A stretch of 38,017 nucleotides of DNA from Nitrospinota bacterium. GTDB taxonomy: Bacteria > Nitrospinota > Nitrospinia > UBA9942. Position 1 is the first letter of the stretch. Every line of letters begins with the position of its first letter. Shown piece after piece: positions 1 to 9,316 of this stretch. The stretch lies in NCBI GenBank assembly GCA_016207035.1, contig JACQQJ010000054.1, positions 1-38,017 of the forward strand. The letters are read 5' to 3'. The notes under the pieces were generated by a model. It did no database searches, was not told the DNA's origin, and saw only the letters and a program-made list of their open reading frames with translations. The position numbers and the translations under genes were made by a program.

Positions 1-158
1 ACTTAACATTTGTGAGGTAGAAGTTACGAAAACAACCAGATTACTCACATGAGAATGGTGTTAGATGAGTAAATTGAAAGTAATTTTAAAAAATTTTACC
101 TCTCGGTGGGGAAAGGTGTGTTTTGATGCAAGATTCAGGTAATAAATAAGGTGATTAT

Positions 159-764
159 TCAATCATGCCAATTTTTTAGCTTATTAAAAATACTCTTTAT
201 CTGTATCAGTGTATTCTCTATGCTATTACTGTTATTTATTACAAAATCAGCTCCTTTAATCTTTTCATTTAAAGGCATCTGTGAGTCTATCCTCTTTTCG
301 GCATCACCCCTGCTTAATTCGTCCCTCTCACATAATCTTTTTATCTGAGTCTCCCTGTCGCTATAAACAACAATTAATGTATCCACCCTCAAATGCCCTC
401 CTGCTTCAATCAGAAGGGCTGCATCTATGACTACGATAGCATCAGGATTTATTTTTTTATACTCCGCGATCCTCCTGTTTTCCTCTTCTATGACAACCGG
501 ATGAACAATCTCTTCTAATCGCTTTTTTTTGACAGGGTCATTAAACACAATTTCACCAAGTTTTTTTCTATTTATTTTCCCGTCATTATTAAGAACATCT
601 CTGCCAAAAAACTCTACTATCTCAGTCCATGCAGGTGTATAAGGTTCTACGACCTCTCTGGAAATCTTGTCTGCATCAATGATATATGCACCCAGTTCTT
701 TAAGGGTCTTTGAAACCAGGCTTTTCCCTGTTGCTATACCACCGGTGAGTCCAATGAGCAACAT
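159..764 (-). CDS. coaE: Dephospho-CoA kinase
   Basis: N-terminal GLTGGIATGKS P-loop, IDAD motif, LEEIVHP, RIDSQMP and ADFVINN motifs typical of CoaE; 201 aa. Confidence 0.95.
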   Translation of the reverse strand: MLLIGLTGGIATGKSLVSKTLKELGAYIIDADKISREVVEPYTPAWTEIVEFFGRDVLNNDGKINRKKLGEIVFNDPVKKKRLEEIVHPVVIEEENRRIAEYKKINPDAIVVIDAALLIEAGGHLRVDTLIVVYSDRETQIKRLCERDELSRGDAEKRIDSQMPLNEKIKGADFVINNSNSIENTLIQIKSIFNKLKNWHD

Positions 765-823
765 AAACTCCCCCTCAACTTATAATCTTATAGGCTGAAT
801 GGTCAATTCAACTTTCGTATAAA

Positions 824-1714
824 TCAGATTTTAAAAGGAACGGGGATGAATGTTATGATAAAAATTATGATAGCAACTATACCGAGTATTTTATCTTCAT
901 CCTCAAGAGGGGTTATTTCGTCAACTAATATTGGATGTCTCAGTCCAAAGAGAAGTACAGCCATAATCCAGAATAACCACCCCTGCCAGAAGTATGCCAG
1001 TGGAAAAAGGGAGATAAAGGTAATCAACGACAGAATCTTATGACGCCGTTTGAATAATGAATATACTATATGTCCTCCGTCTAATTGACCCATGGGAAGA
1101 AGGTTGAGTGCAGTTACAAACAGACCTATCCATCCGGCAAATCCAATAGGGTGAAGGACAATATCAACAGAGTCATCTGAAACTCCAAGTATGGTTTTTG
1201 TTAAAAAAGAGAGGAGGATTGATGAACCGAGGGATATGCCACCCTTCATCTGAGAGGGTTCTTTGATTTCAGAGAGCCCCAGTCCTATAATCGTTGCAGG
1301 TAATGCAATGATAAACCCTGCCAATGGACCAGACACACCTATTTTCAATAAAGCCCTTCTATCAGGTATCGGTGACTCCATTTTAATAAATGCCCCAAAT
1401 GTGCCGAGGAGCGATGGGGCAGGGATAAAATATGGCAGGGTTGCTTTAACACCATTTCTTTTTGATGTAATGTAGTGTCCGATCTCATGTGTTCCGAGTA
1501 TGAGCATGAGAGTTAAAGAAAATGGCAGGCCTTTATATATTAAGAGCGGCTGTCGTAAAATATCAACCCCTTCCTGGAGTGCCCCTGCCAGCATTGTAGT
1601 TATAAGAGTTGCTATGAGAAGAAAAATGTGAAAAAAAGGGGGCTTTTTCCCCCCTGGTTCGTTTCTCTCGCTGCTAACCCCTGTTTTTATTTCAATCTCA
1701 CGCCATCTTTCCAT
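824..1714 (-). CDS. Site-2 protease family (peptidase M50) membrane metalloprotease
   Basis: HEIGH zinc motif, NLLPMGQLDGGH motif, multiple hydrophobic segments. Confidence 0.9.
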   Translation of the reverse strand: MERWREIEIKTGVSSERNEPGGKKPPFFHIFLLIATLITTMLAGALQEGVDILRQPLLIYKGLPFSLTLMLILGTHEIGHYITSKRNGVKATLPYFIPAPSLLGTFGAFIKMESPIPDRRALLKIGVSGPLAGFIIALPATIIGLGLSEIKEPSQMKGGISLGSSILLSFLTKTILGVSDDSVDIVLHPIGFAGWIGLFVTALNLLPMGQLDGGHIVYSLFKRRHKILSLITFISLFPLAYFWQGWLFWIMAVLLFGLRHPILVDEITPLEDEDKILGIVAIIIFIITFIPVPFKI

Positions 1715-1796
1715 GGTGAATTTATGCTACAATACAAATACTTATACATCAAGAAAATTATCCCTTACAGCCCCTTCTCCCTTCCTTTGATTTAGG

Positions 1797-1958
1797 TTAT
1801 TTCTTTACCTTTATCCCCATTCTCAGAAAGAAAGAAATTACAGCTATAGCACATCTACCCTCCATGCCATCCCACCATCCGCATCTGCTCATAATGCACT
1901 CCTGTAGTTTTTTATTGTGGTCTGGTGGAAGGACAGGACATATCTTTTTCTCTGTCAT
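1797..1958 (-). CDS. Small 4-Cys protein of unknown function (53 aa; below ORF-track cutoff)
   Basis: Manual translation MTEKKICPVLPPDHNKKLQECIMSRCGWWDGMEGRCAIAVISFFLRMGIKVKK; strong SD AAGGAGGT just upstream of the ATG. Confidence 0.65.
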   Translation of the reverse strand: MTEKKICPVLPPDHNKKLQECIMSRCGWWDGMEGRCAIAVISFFLRMGIKVKK

Positions 1959-2112
1959 ATTTACCTCCTTTTAAAAAAAAGAATAAGGAGAAATGGGGGA
2001 ATATATCCACCCCTCCTTAAATCTATTTATAATTTCGCTACCTTTTAAAAGATAACAAATTGAAATATTATATACTATTAAAAAAAGGATGTGGCCATGT
2101 TAAAATAATTTT

Positions 2113-2847
2113 ATGCCAATTCAGGAAAAGAAGGACATTTTTATCCAGGAGATGTTTTCACAGATAGCAGGACATTATGACCTCTTGAACAGGCTTTTAA
2201 GTATGAGGAGGGATATCTATTGGAGGAGATTTTCAGTAAGGGAGCTCTTAAAATCAGGAGGCGATAGTTTCGCTCCGCTCACTACAGGTATATTTTTAGA
2301 TGTGGCTACAGGGACAGGGGATTGTGCAATGGAAATCATACAGATAGGTGGTAAGGGGAACGAGGTAATCGGTGTAGACTTCAACATTGAGATGCTGAAT
2401 GTAAGCAGAAACAAGATTGAAAGGGAGGGATTTTCAGACCATATCAGGCTCCTGCAGACAAATGTCTTCGGATTGCCATTTGATGATAACTACTTTGATG
2501 GTGTTATTTCTGCTTTTGGTGTCAGGAATTTTTCTGATATAAGAAAAGGGATTCGAGAGATGAGAAGGGTTGTTAAGGAAAATGGGAGGTTTGTTATTCT
2601 GGAATTTACGAATCCATCGAATAAAATTTTTAAGAGGGTTTATCATCTTTATTTTAAAAAGGTTTTGCCCTTTATAGGTGGCATTATTTCAGGGAGGAGA
2701 TATGCCTATGAATACCTTCATGATTCAGTAATGGGCTTTCCTGATCAGAAAGAGTTAAAAAAAATAATGGAGGAGGAAGGTTTAAGGGATGTGCACTATT
2801 TTAATCTTACATTCGGTATTGTGGCGGTTCATGTTGGAAAAAAATAA
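2113..2847 (+). CDS. ubiE: Ubiquinone/menaquinone C-methyltransferase UbiE/MenG
   Basis: MFSQIAGHYDLLNRLLS, LDVATGTGD SAM-binding motif, FGVRN, ILEF, AYEYL motifs. Confidence 0.88.
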   Translation: MPIQEKKDIFIQEMFSQIAGHYDLLNRLLSMRRDIYWRRFSVRELLKSGGDSFAPLTTGIFLDVATGTGDCAMEIIQIGGKGNEVIGVDFNIEMLNVSRNKIEREGFSDHIRLLQTNVFGLPFDDNYFDGVISAFGVRNFSDIRKGIREMRRVVKENGRFVILEFTNPSNKIFKRVYHLYFKKVLPFIGGIISGRRYAYEYLHDSVMGFPDQKELKKIMEEEGLRDVHYFNLTFGIVAVHVGKK

Positions 2848-3159
2848 CAATTTTTTCAGTTTTCGCAATAAAAAGCTGTTAGTTAAATTTCAAAAGTGGA
2901 CTATTTAAACATCTACCCAAATTTTGATGTAAGATTGAAACAATAGTAAAGCCACAAGGGAGGGCGAAAAGGTGGGGTTTAGAAAAAATAGAACAACAGG
3001 CACATTTTCTACTATGGTCGTATAGACAATGCATCTTTACCCCGTTACAAATCCCCGTGTGAGAGCCCACCCATTTGAAAATCAAAGACTTTCTATCGGG
3101 GTTTACTGCCCCTTTGGTCTTTCTAAACTTTGCCCATGGAAAGACCGCGAGGTAGAGGT

Positions 3160-3933
3160 CTATGGTGGAGGCATCAACAATCTCTGTCTCAGTATTTCAT
3201 AGAAAATGATAGAACATGCTGCAGAGACATTCAGGGAAGATACCTTCCCCTTCATCGGTATAGACACTAAATAATCGCATTTTTCCTTTGTTAATCTTCT
3301 CATCCCTCTTGACTCGCCTCCAAATACAACTGCTATAGGGTCATTGTAGGAAAATGAAAAACAGTTTTTTTCTGCCCCCAACTCAACACCCACCACCCAG
3401 AAACCCCGTTTCTTTAACTCCCCAATGGAGTCTGAAATGTTTGTAACCCTGATAATCGGGATATATTCAACTGCACCAGCAGACCTCTTAGCAACTACCG
3501 GGGTCAGGCCTGCTGCCCTATCCTTTGGAATTATTATACCGCCTATACCCAGAGCCTCTGCAGACCTTATTATAGCCCCTAAATTTCCCGGGTCCTCTAT
3601 CCCGTCCAGAATTGCAACAACTGGTTTACTATCCCTTTCATATAACTGTTCGATGAGTTCATGGAGGCTGATTTCTTTCCTTTGCGATACAACTGCTACA
3701 ACACCCTGATGTTTTTCTGTTCCAGATATGTTTTTAAGGTCAGAGTTGCTGGAGCCTCGTTCTATGGTAATATTTTTTGACCTTGCCAGTGATTCTATCT
3801 CATGAATTGACTTCCCTCTTGTTCCGGCAGCTATCACTATTTTGATAAAATTCCTCTCACCTGACCTCAGTGCCTCAAGGACAGAGTTAATGCCATAGAG
3901 GATACTTTCACCCTTTAACCTTTTATCTTCCAC
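3160..3933 (-). CDS. rlmB: 23S rRNA Gm2251 2'-O-methyltransferase (TrmH/SPOUT family)
   Basis: YGINSVLEAL, HQGVVA, DPGNLGAIIRSA, GGESRGM, SSLNVSAA motifs; directly downstream of cysS. Confidence 0.9.
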   Translation of the reverse strand: MEDKRLKGESILYGINSVLEALRSGERNFIKIVIAAGTRGKSIHEIESLARSKNITIERGSSNSDLKNISGTEKHQGVVAVVSQRKEISLHELIEQLYERDSKPVVAILDGIEDPGNLGAIIRSAEALGIGGIIIPKDRAAGLTPVVAKRSAGAVEYIPIIRVTNISDSIGELKKRGFWVVGVELGAEKNCFSFSYNDPIAVVFGGESRGMRRLTKEKCDYLVSIPMKGKVSSLNVSAACSIIFYEILRQRLLMPPP

Positions 3934-5372
3934 TTTGTCCCCCGTGGTGTATCTTCAAGGATGATACCCTTGAGGCTTAATTCATTTCTTATCCTGTCGG
4001 CATCTGACCATCTTTTCTCTCTCCTTGCCTTCTCTCTTTCATCGATAAGCCTTAGGACCTCTTCCTCAGAGATACCAAGAGATGCAATTCCAATAGATTT
4101 TTCCTTTTCAAAATATTCAACGGGATCCTGGCCAAAAAGCCCCAATACCCCTCCTATATTTTTAAGGGTTGTAATCTCTCTTAAGAATTCATCTCTTACC
4201 TCTCCGCCTCTCTTACTGTTTAGGTGGTGCAGTTCACTATTTAAATGCCCTATCACCTGTGCTGTATTAAAATCATCATTCATTGCTTCCTCGAATCTCT
4301 GCATCAGTTCATCATCAGATCCCCCCTCTAAGATTTCCTCATCCTTCCCTTTAGTAAGGGGAGGCAGGGTAGGATTTTCCTTTGCCACCATATCATAAAA
4401 CAGGAACAGGTCATAAAAACGGTCTAAGTTAATCCTTGCCTCATTGAGGTTTTGATCTGAGAAATCTATGGGGCTCCTGTAATGACTGGAGAGCAGGAAG
4501 AATCGAATAACCTCAGGATTAAATCTCTTTACCATATCTCTAATGGTAAAAAAATTTCCGAGGGACTTTGACATCTTTTCCTTGTTGATGTTTACAAAAC
4601 CATTGTGCACCCAGTAGCGGACAGGGGGATTTCCCGTGGCAGCACAGGACTGCGCAATCTCATTCTCATGATGGGGAAATATCAGATCCTTACCCCCTCC
4701 GTGGATATCAAAAGATTGACCAAGATATTTCTGACCCATTGCGGAACACTCAATATGCCAACCGGGTCTCCCCTTCCCCCAGGGACTTTCCCACCATGGC
4801 TCCCCTGATTTACTTGCCTTCCACAGTGCAAAATCAAGGGGGTCATTCTTCTTCTCATTAATTTCAATCCGTGCGCCTGCAATAAGTTCGTCTGTATTCT
4901 TACCTGAAAGCCCTCCATATTCACTAAAACTCCTGACAGAAAAGAAAACATCTCCATCAGACTGATATGCATATCCCTTTTCAATGAGTTTTTTTATCAT
5001 ATCAATCATCTCTGCAATGTGCATCGTTGCTTTTGGTTCACAGGTAGGTGGCTCAATATTGAGGGGATTCATATCTTTATAAAACTCCCTTATATACCTC
5101 TCTGCTATCTCTTCAGGAGAAACCCCTTCTTCATGGGCCCTTTTTATAATTTTATCATCCACATCGGTAAAGTTCCTTACATAGGTTACCTTATATCCGA
5201 GATATCTCAGATACCTGTATATGACATCAAATACAATAGCAGCCCTTGCATGCCCTATGTGGCAGAGGTCATAGACAGTTACACCACATACATACATTTT
5301 TACTTCCCCTTCTTGAATGGGCTTGAATTCTTCCTTTCTTTTTGTAAATGTGTTGTATATAGATAGATTCAT
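3915..5372 (-). CDS. cysS: Cysteine--tRNA ligase
   Basis: MYVCGVTVYDLCHIGH (HIGH), GRPGWHIECSAM, HGGGKDLIFPHHENE, KMSKS. Confidence 0.98.
   Translation of the reverse strand: MNLSIYNTFTKRKEEFKPIQEGEVKMYVCGVTVYDLCHIGHARAAIVFDVIYRYLRYLGYKVTYVRNFTDVDDKIIKRAHEEGVSPEEIAERYIREFYKDMNPLNIEPPTCEPKATMHIAEMIDMIKKLIEKGYAYQSDGDVFFSVRSFSEYGGLSGKNTDELIAGARIEINEKKNDPLDFALWKASKSGEPWWESPWGKGRPGWHIECSAMGQKYLGQSFDIHGGGKDLIFPHHENEIAQSCAATGNPPVRYWVHNGFVNINKEKMSKSLGNFFTIRDMVKRFNPEVIRFFLLSSHYRSPIDFSDQNLNEARINLDRFYDLFLFYDMVAKENPTLPPLTKGKDEEILEGGSDDELMQRFEEAMNDDFNTAQVIGHLNSELHHLNSKRGGEVRDEFLREITTLKNIGGVLGLFGQDPVEYFEKEKSIGIASLGISEEEVLRLIDEREKARREKRWSDADRIRNELSLKGIILEDTPRGTKWKIKG
4320..4380. repeat. Degenerate CCC..TTT-n-AAGGG palindromic repeat located in frame inside cysS
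   Basis: ccttccctttagtaaggggagg hairpin encoding ENPTLPPLTKGKDEEILEGG; resembles the free-standing element at 10751-10838. Confidence 0.5.
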
Positions 5373-5431
5373 ATGTTCATTTTTAACTTAGATTTGAAAG
5401 ACAGTCAATTGTTTATTATACTGAAAGTAAT

Positions 5432-6811
5432 ATGAAGAGAGATTTAATTAAGAAACTTACAGATATTTCTGGCAGGGAGAATGTGTTAATTTCTGATGAG
5501 GACAGGATATGCTATTCCTTTGATGCTACAGGGAGAACAGGTATACCTGACATAGTCGTTAAACCAAAAGTTGCAGATGATGTGTCTGAAATTGTAAAAA
5601 TAGCACATAAGGAGGGGATACCTATTGTCCCCCGTGGTGCTGGAACAGGGTTTGCGGGCGGTTCAATCCCAATACATGGTGGCATTGCACTTGTGATGAC
5701 TGATATGAACCATTTAGTTGATCTGGATGGAGAGAATATGATTGCAGTTGTTGAACCGGGTATGGTGACATATAATTTCCAGCAGGAAGTTGAAAAAAGA
5801 GGATTATTTTATCCGCCTGACCCTGCAAGCCTGAAGGTTTGCACAATAGGCGGAAATGCCGGCACCTGTGCCGGGGGACCAAGGGCTATTAAATATGGTG
5901 TTACAAGGGACTATATACTTGGATTGGATGTTGTCTTGCCTTACGGGGAGATGCTCCATACAGGTGTCAGGACTGCAAAGGGCGTCGTAGGATATGACCT
6001 TACAAGATTAATGGTTGGCTCTGAGGGGACACTCGGTGTAATTACAAGGCTCAATGTAAGGCTCATTCCGCTGCCTGAGGCAATTAAAACAGCACTGGCA
6101 GTCTTTAAAAAAATTGATGATGCATCAAATTCTATATCAAAGATAATTGCATCAAGGATATTACCATCCTCTCTTGAATTTATGGACCAGGCAGCGATAG
6201 GATGTGTTGAAAATTATATACATGCCGGACTCCCGAGAGATGCAGAGGCTATTTTATTGATTGAAGTAGATGGGGATGAGATTTCGGTAGAGAGACAGAT
6301 TGCAAAGATAGGAGAAATATGCAGCCATTCAGGTGCAGGAGAGGTAAGGATTGCAAAAAATGATACTGAGAGGGAATTCCTATGGAATGCAAGGAGGGCT
6401 GTATCACCTGCCCTCGGACACCTTGCTCCAACAAAGATAAATGAGGATATAACTGTGCCAAGAAACAGGGTTCCTGATATTATCAGGAGACTAAAACAGA
6501 TTTCAGAAAAATACAGGCTCAATATTGTAAACTTCGGTCATGCAGGGGATGGAAATATCCATGTAAATATAATGACCGACCGGAGAAATGAGGAGGAGAT
6601 GAAAAGGGCAGATGAGGCAGTTGGGGAAATATTCAAGGCAACACTGGAACTGAAAGGGACAATCTCAGGGGAACATGGCATAGGTATAACAAAGAGCAGA
6701 TATATAAAGGATGAGCTTGGAGAAACAGGGATAGAAGTGACAAAGAGGATAAAGAGGGTCTTTGACCCTAATAATATTATGAACCCAGGAAAAATTTTAG
6801 ATCACATGTAA
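5432..6811 (+). CDS. FAD-linked oxidase, glycolate oxidase GlcD / D-lactate dehydrogenase family
   Basis: PRGAGTG, YPPDPAS, GYDLTRLMVGSEGTLG, GHAGDGNIH, ISGEHGIG, NPGK motifs; no glcE/glcF adjacent. Confidence 0.88.
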   Translation: MKRDLIKKLTDISGRENVLISDEDRICYSFDATGRTGIPDIVVKPKVADDVSEIVKIAHKEGIPIVPRGAGTGFAGGSIPIHGGIALVMTDMNHLVDLDGENMIAVVEPGMVTYNFQQEVEKRGLFYPPDPASLKVCTIGGNAGTCAGGPRAIKYGVTRDYILGLDVVLPYGEMLHTGVRTAKGVVGYDLTRLMVGSEGTLGVITRLNVRLIPLPEAIKTALAVFKKIDDASNSISKIIASRILPSSLEFMDQAAIGCVENYIHAGLPRDAEAILLIEVDGDEISVERQIAKIGEICSHSGAGEVRIAKNDTEREFLWNARRAVSPALGHLAPTKINEDITVPRNRVPDIIRRLKQISEKYRLNIVNFGHAGDGNIHVNIMTDRRNEEEMKRADEAVGEIFKATLELKGTISGEHGIGITKSRYIKDELGETGIEVTKRIKRVFDPNNIMNPGKILDHM

Positions 6812-6945
6812 TCTAAATTAATCGGAATTGATAGAACCTTTCTTTTCATATCGTGTTCTATTCCTGTCTATTCTTTCTGATTTTCCTCACTTTCTTCAAA
6901 GGGTAGCTTGTTATTCCAATTAATCAAAAAAAGTTGATAGAATTC

Positions 6946-6996
6946 CTACCATCCGCATTCATCCCCACCCTGAGGGGTGGGGCATTCTGCTGGTAG
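6946..6996. mobile_element. GC-rich hairpin resembling an IS200/IS605-family terminal (PATE-like) remnant
   Basis: ccccaccc-tgag-gggtgggg perfect stem (6963-6982) inside gcattcat...cattctgc; outer ctacca/tggtag pair; no transposase nearby. Confidence 0.45.
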
Positions 6997-7084
6997 CTGG
7001 GTATACCTTGCGTAATTTGGGTTTATTTATTCCAGCCTGCGGTCGGGAGGAATGGTGAGAATGAGGAGCATTCGCACCACTATC

Positions 7085-7366
7085 TTAGCGAAGTATATCT
7101 TGCGAGCCGTGAATGACGGCCAAAACATCGATTTGATCAGGTTTGATAAGATAGATAATCCGGTATGGCCCTTCGATAACCTCTCGAATCTGCTCCATTT
7201 CGACTTCCGGCACTTTACGGCCAGATAGTGGAAAATCACCGATCTGTTGTTATCTTCTTGTCATGCAATCAACCATCCGCAGGGCATACTCCTGAGAATC
7301 ACGGGCAATATAAGCGTAAATTGAATCAAGGTGCCCTTCAGCCGTTTCTGTCCAATGGACTTTCAT
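7085..7366 (-). pseudogene. RelE/ParE-family toxin interrupted by an in-frame TAA
   Basis: MKVHWTETAEGHLDSIYAYIARDS...MTRR*QQIGDFPLSGRKVPE...IREVIEGPYRIIY...IDVLAVIHG; stop at 7250-7252; ATG overlaps antitoxin stop (ATGA). Confidence 0.85.
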
Positions 7367-7551
7367 TCAGGAAGTCCGTATTTTGCACGGACTTCCTGAA
7401 CATCCTTTGTTCTACCTGCCATACTGTCAGCCAAGCCTCGCTCAATTACCTCACGCACGTAAATCTCATGCATGAGATCATCCCATGTGGCATTTGAAGG
7501 CATACGGTCAATGATTTTATGTACCTCTTCTTTTTTTATCAAAGTTGTCAT
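7363..7551 (-). CDS. Putative antitoxin paired with the ParE-like toxin
   Basis: 62 aa MTTLIKKEEVHKIIDRMPSNATWDDLMHEIYVREVIERGLADSMAGR...; GGAGG SD; translationally coupled to the toxin. Confidence 0.8.
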   Translation of the reverse strand: MTTLIKKEEVHKIIDRMPSNATWDDLMHEIYVREVIERGLADSMAGRTKDVQEVRAKYGLPE

Positions 7552-7610
7552 AGCTTTCCCTCCGCTATTTAGGAGATTATCAAAATATCGAGGAAATATC
7601 AATTCTTATA

Positions 7611-7803
7611 GTCTAACGGGTCGCAGCTGAGCTGAGTCCCGAAGGGACTTCAGTCTCAAGCAGCGTGCAAACGCTTCAGCGAGTTGATTAAAAGTTTAAA
7701 CTAAAAATGCTGTATCGTAACACATGTTGTATATTAAATTCTTCACACTCAAAACTTTGGGCGCGTCGGCGGTTTGCACGTCAGCTTGAGCGACTGGTTA
7801 TAC
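7611..7803 (-). mobile_element. attC-like site (long, hybrid)
   Basis: Minus-strand R'' GTATAAC contains the stop of the 7798-8310 gene; R' GTTAGAC at 7611-7617; ctcaagcagcgtgcaaac pairs with gtttgcacgtcagcttgag; left arm shared with the other repeat copies. Confidence 0.7.
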
Positions 7804-8310
7804 CGCATATTTATTTAGAAGATGAAAAACTGTTTTCATAACATGTTTAGCATCCTTTTCAATTACACCATAAGCAAATTTATTTTGCATTAACGAACGG
7901 TACGAGATTGTATCACCATCAAGTGGTTTCCGAAAATGTGTAATTGGATTTCTGATATATTTCGCTCGGTTCAAATTTTTATATTCTGCTTTACTTATTA
8001 ATTTTTGGTTGCATGCTTCTTTTAATAACAAGGACACATTTGCACGTTCAAGGTCATCTCTACCGGCAGCATAGAAGAGGGCCGCTAATGTATGCTCAAT
8101 AAATGCAAAGCCTAATACAATAGTCGCTAGAAATTGCGCATAGACGAAGCAGTATCTTGCTTCATCATATAAATACTTTGATGTCTCACCACCGAAAAAA
8201 AAGATGTTCCCCTTTTTTGGTGTTTTATTTGCAAGCCAATCCAATCTTTTTATTCTGCCGGAACGACAAATTTTATCTTCTTTGTCGAGCCAAGTTTTTG
8301 ATTGAGTCAT
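7798..8310 (-). CDS. Cassette-borne hypothetical protein, possible HEPN-type RNase
   Basis: 170 aa; R-x4-H motif IRNPITH in the C-terminal half; bounded by complementary cassette ends ATGCGGTATAAC (8318-8329) and GTTATACCGCAT (7797-7808). Confidence 0.6.
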   Translation of the reverse strand: MTQSKTWLDKEDKICRSGRIKRLDWLANKTPKKGNIFFFGGETSKYLYDEARYCFVYAQFLATIVLGFAFIEHTLAALFYAAGRDDLERANVSLLLKEACNQKLISKAEYKNLNRAKYIRNPITHFRKPLDGDTISYRSLMQNKFAYGVIEKDAKHVMKTVFHLLNKYAV

Positions 8311-8322
8311 AGAATAAATGCG

Positions 8323-8431
8323 GTATAACGGGTCGCAGCTGAGCTGAGTCCCGAAGGGACTTCAGTCTCAAGCAGCGTGTTCGCCAGCCGCAGGCGTGGA
8401 ATACGCTGCCCTCAGCTGCGACTTCTTAGGC
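8323..8431 (-). mobile_element. attC-like repeat copy
   Basis: taacgggtcgcagctgag...gagtcccgaagggact...ctcagctgcgac inverted-repeat structure; R'' degenerate (GCCTAAG). Confidence 0.75.
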
Positions 8432-8451
8432 GAATTCAAATATCTATCTTG

Positions 8452-8673
8452 TTATATCAGAGCCTCTTGCGCTTCGCGAGGTAGTTGGACAAGAATAAAA
8501 TAGGACTTGGGGTAAAGATAGTCTTCACCAGATTCATCAATAACTCTAATATATCCTTCCATTTCGGCATCGTCATCTGGAAGGACTTGATAAATCTTGC
8601 GTATTTCCAAATCTTCACAGTCTTTATTTCCTATACAAAGCGCAAATGTCTGATTTCCCTTTTCTCTTTCCAT
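8452..8673 (-). CDS. Small acidic hypothetical protein (DESGEDYLYP motif); putative antitoxin/immunity partner
   Basis: 73 aa, acidic; 4 bp downstream of the basic 81-aa gene in the same cassette. Confidence 0.7.
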   Translation of the reverse strand: MEREKGNQTFALCIGNKDCEDLEIRKIYQVLPDDDAEMEGYIRVIDESGEDYLYPKSYFILVQLPREAQEALI

Positions 8674-8677
8674 ATTT

Positions 8678-8923
8678 TTAACCCAAAAACCTCTTGATTT
8701 TCATTTTCTTTCTGCCAATACCATGTGCTTCATACCAGTGTAACTCGGCATTACATATCCTTCCGTTTTCAAGACGAACTTTTCCAATACCTTTAAGCTT
8801 TCGCCAGCGACCATGACCAAATTGTTTCTGAATCCGCATTATATCTCGTATTCTTCCCCCTATGGCAATGGTTTCAATATCCTTAATTTCTCCTATTATC
8901 TCAAAATACACAGGATTTTTCAC
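8678..8923 (-). CDS. Small basic hypothetical protein (WRKLKG...ELHWYEAHGIG); putative toxin
   Basis: 81 aa, K/R-rich; first gene of a two-gene cassette. Confidence 0.7.
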   Translation of the reverse strand: MKNPVYFEIIGEIKDIETIAIGGRIRDIMRIQKQFGHGRWRKLKGIGKVRLENGRICNAELHWYEAHGIGRKKMKIKRFLG

Positions 8924-9028
8924 CCTTATAATTTATAGTAAACGCAATTAATAAATAGGTATAAATTGTTTGCTATCCCACTAAATTGGCTATTACATGT
9001 CAACTTATTTATTTCGTTTACTATACAT

Positions 9029-9133
9029 GCATAACGGGTCGCAACTGAGCTGAGTCCCGAAGGGACTTCAATCTCAAGCAGCGTGTTCGCCCGCCGCAGG
9101 CGTAGAACACGCTGCTCTCAGTTGCGACCCGTT
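9029..9133 (-). mobile_element. attC-like repeat copy
   Basis: aacgggtcgcaactgag is the perfect reverse complement of ctcagttgcgacccgtt; R' GTTATGC. Confidence 0.78.
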
Positions 9134-9236
9134 CCTCCCGAACACCTATTTCAATTTACAACTTTCTATTGTTCAACATATCTAACTATCTAAAATCAAG
9201 TTTCTTATTCATTATCGACTGCGGTCTGGAGGAATG
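9130..9236. mobile_element. ~107-bp non-coding element with 12-bp imperfect terminal inverted repeats (MITE-like or gene-less cassette)
   Basis: cgttcctcccga (9130-9141) vs tctggaggaatg (9225-9236), 10/12 complementary; AT-rich interior; right end recurs at 7037-7054. Confidence 0.5.
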
Positions 9237-9316
9237 CCAAAAATCAGCCGCCGCTGGAAGCGGCAGCGACGCGGGAGTACACGCTGTAAGCGGTCGGCTG
9301 CAAACCATTGTTAGGC
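9234..9316 (-). mobile_element. attC site of canonical proteobacterial type with a damaged R' end
   Basis: Minus strand GCCTAACAATGGTTTGCAGCCGACCGC...GCGGCGGCTGA; R'' GCCTAAC contains the stop codon of the 357-aa gene. Confidence 0.75.

Noticed and set aside
2879-3159. 68-aa Cys-containing ORF or riboswitch between ubiE and rlmB
   Set aside because: Weak start, no convincing SD, no recognisable motif; only a partial GGCAAA/GAAA resemblance to the c-di-GMP-I riboswitch without the required stems
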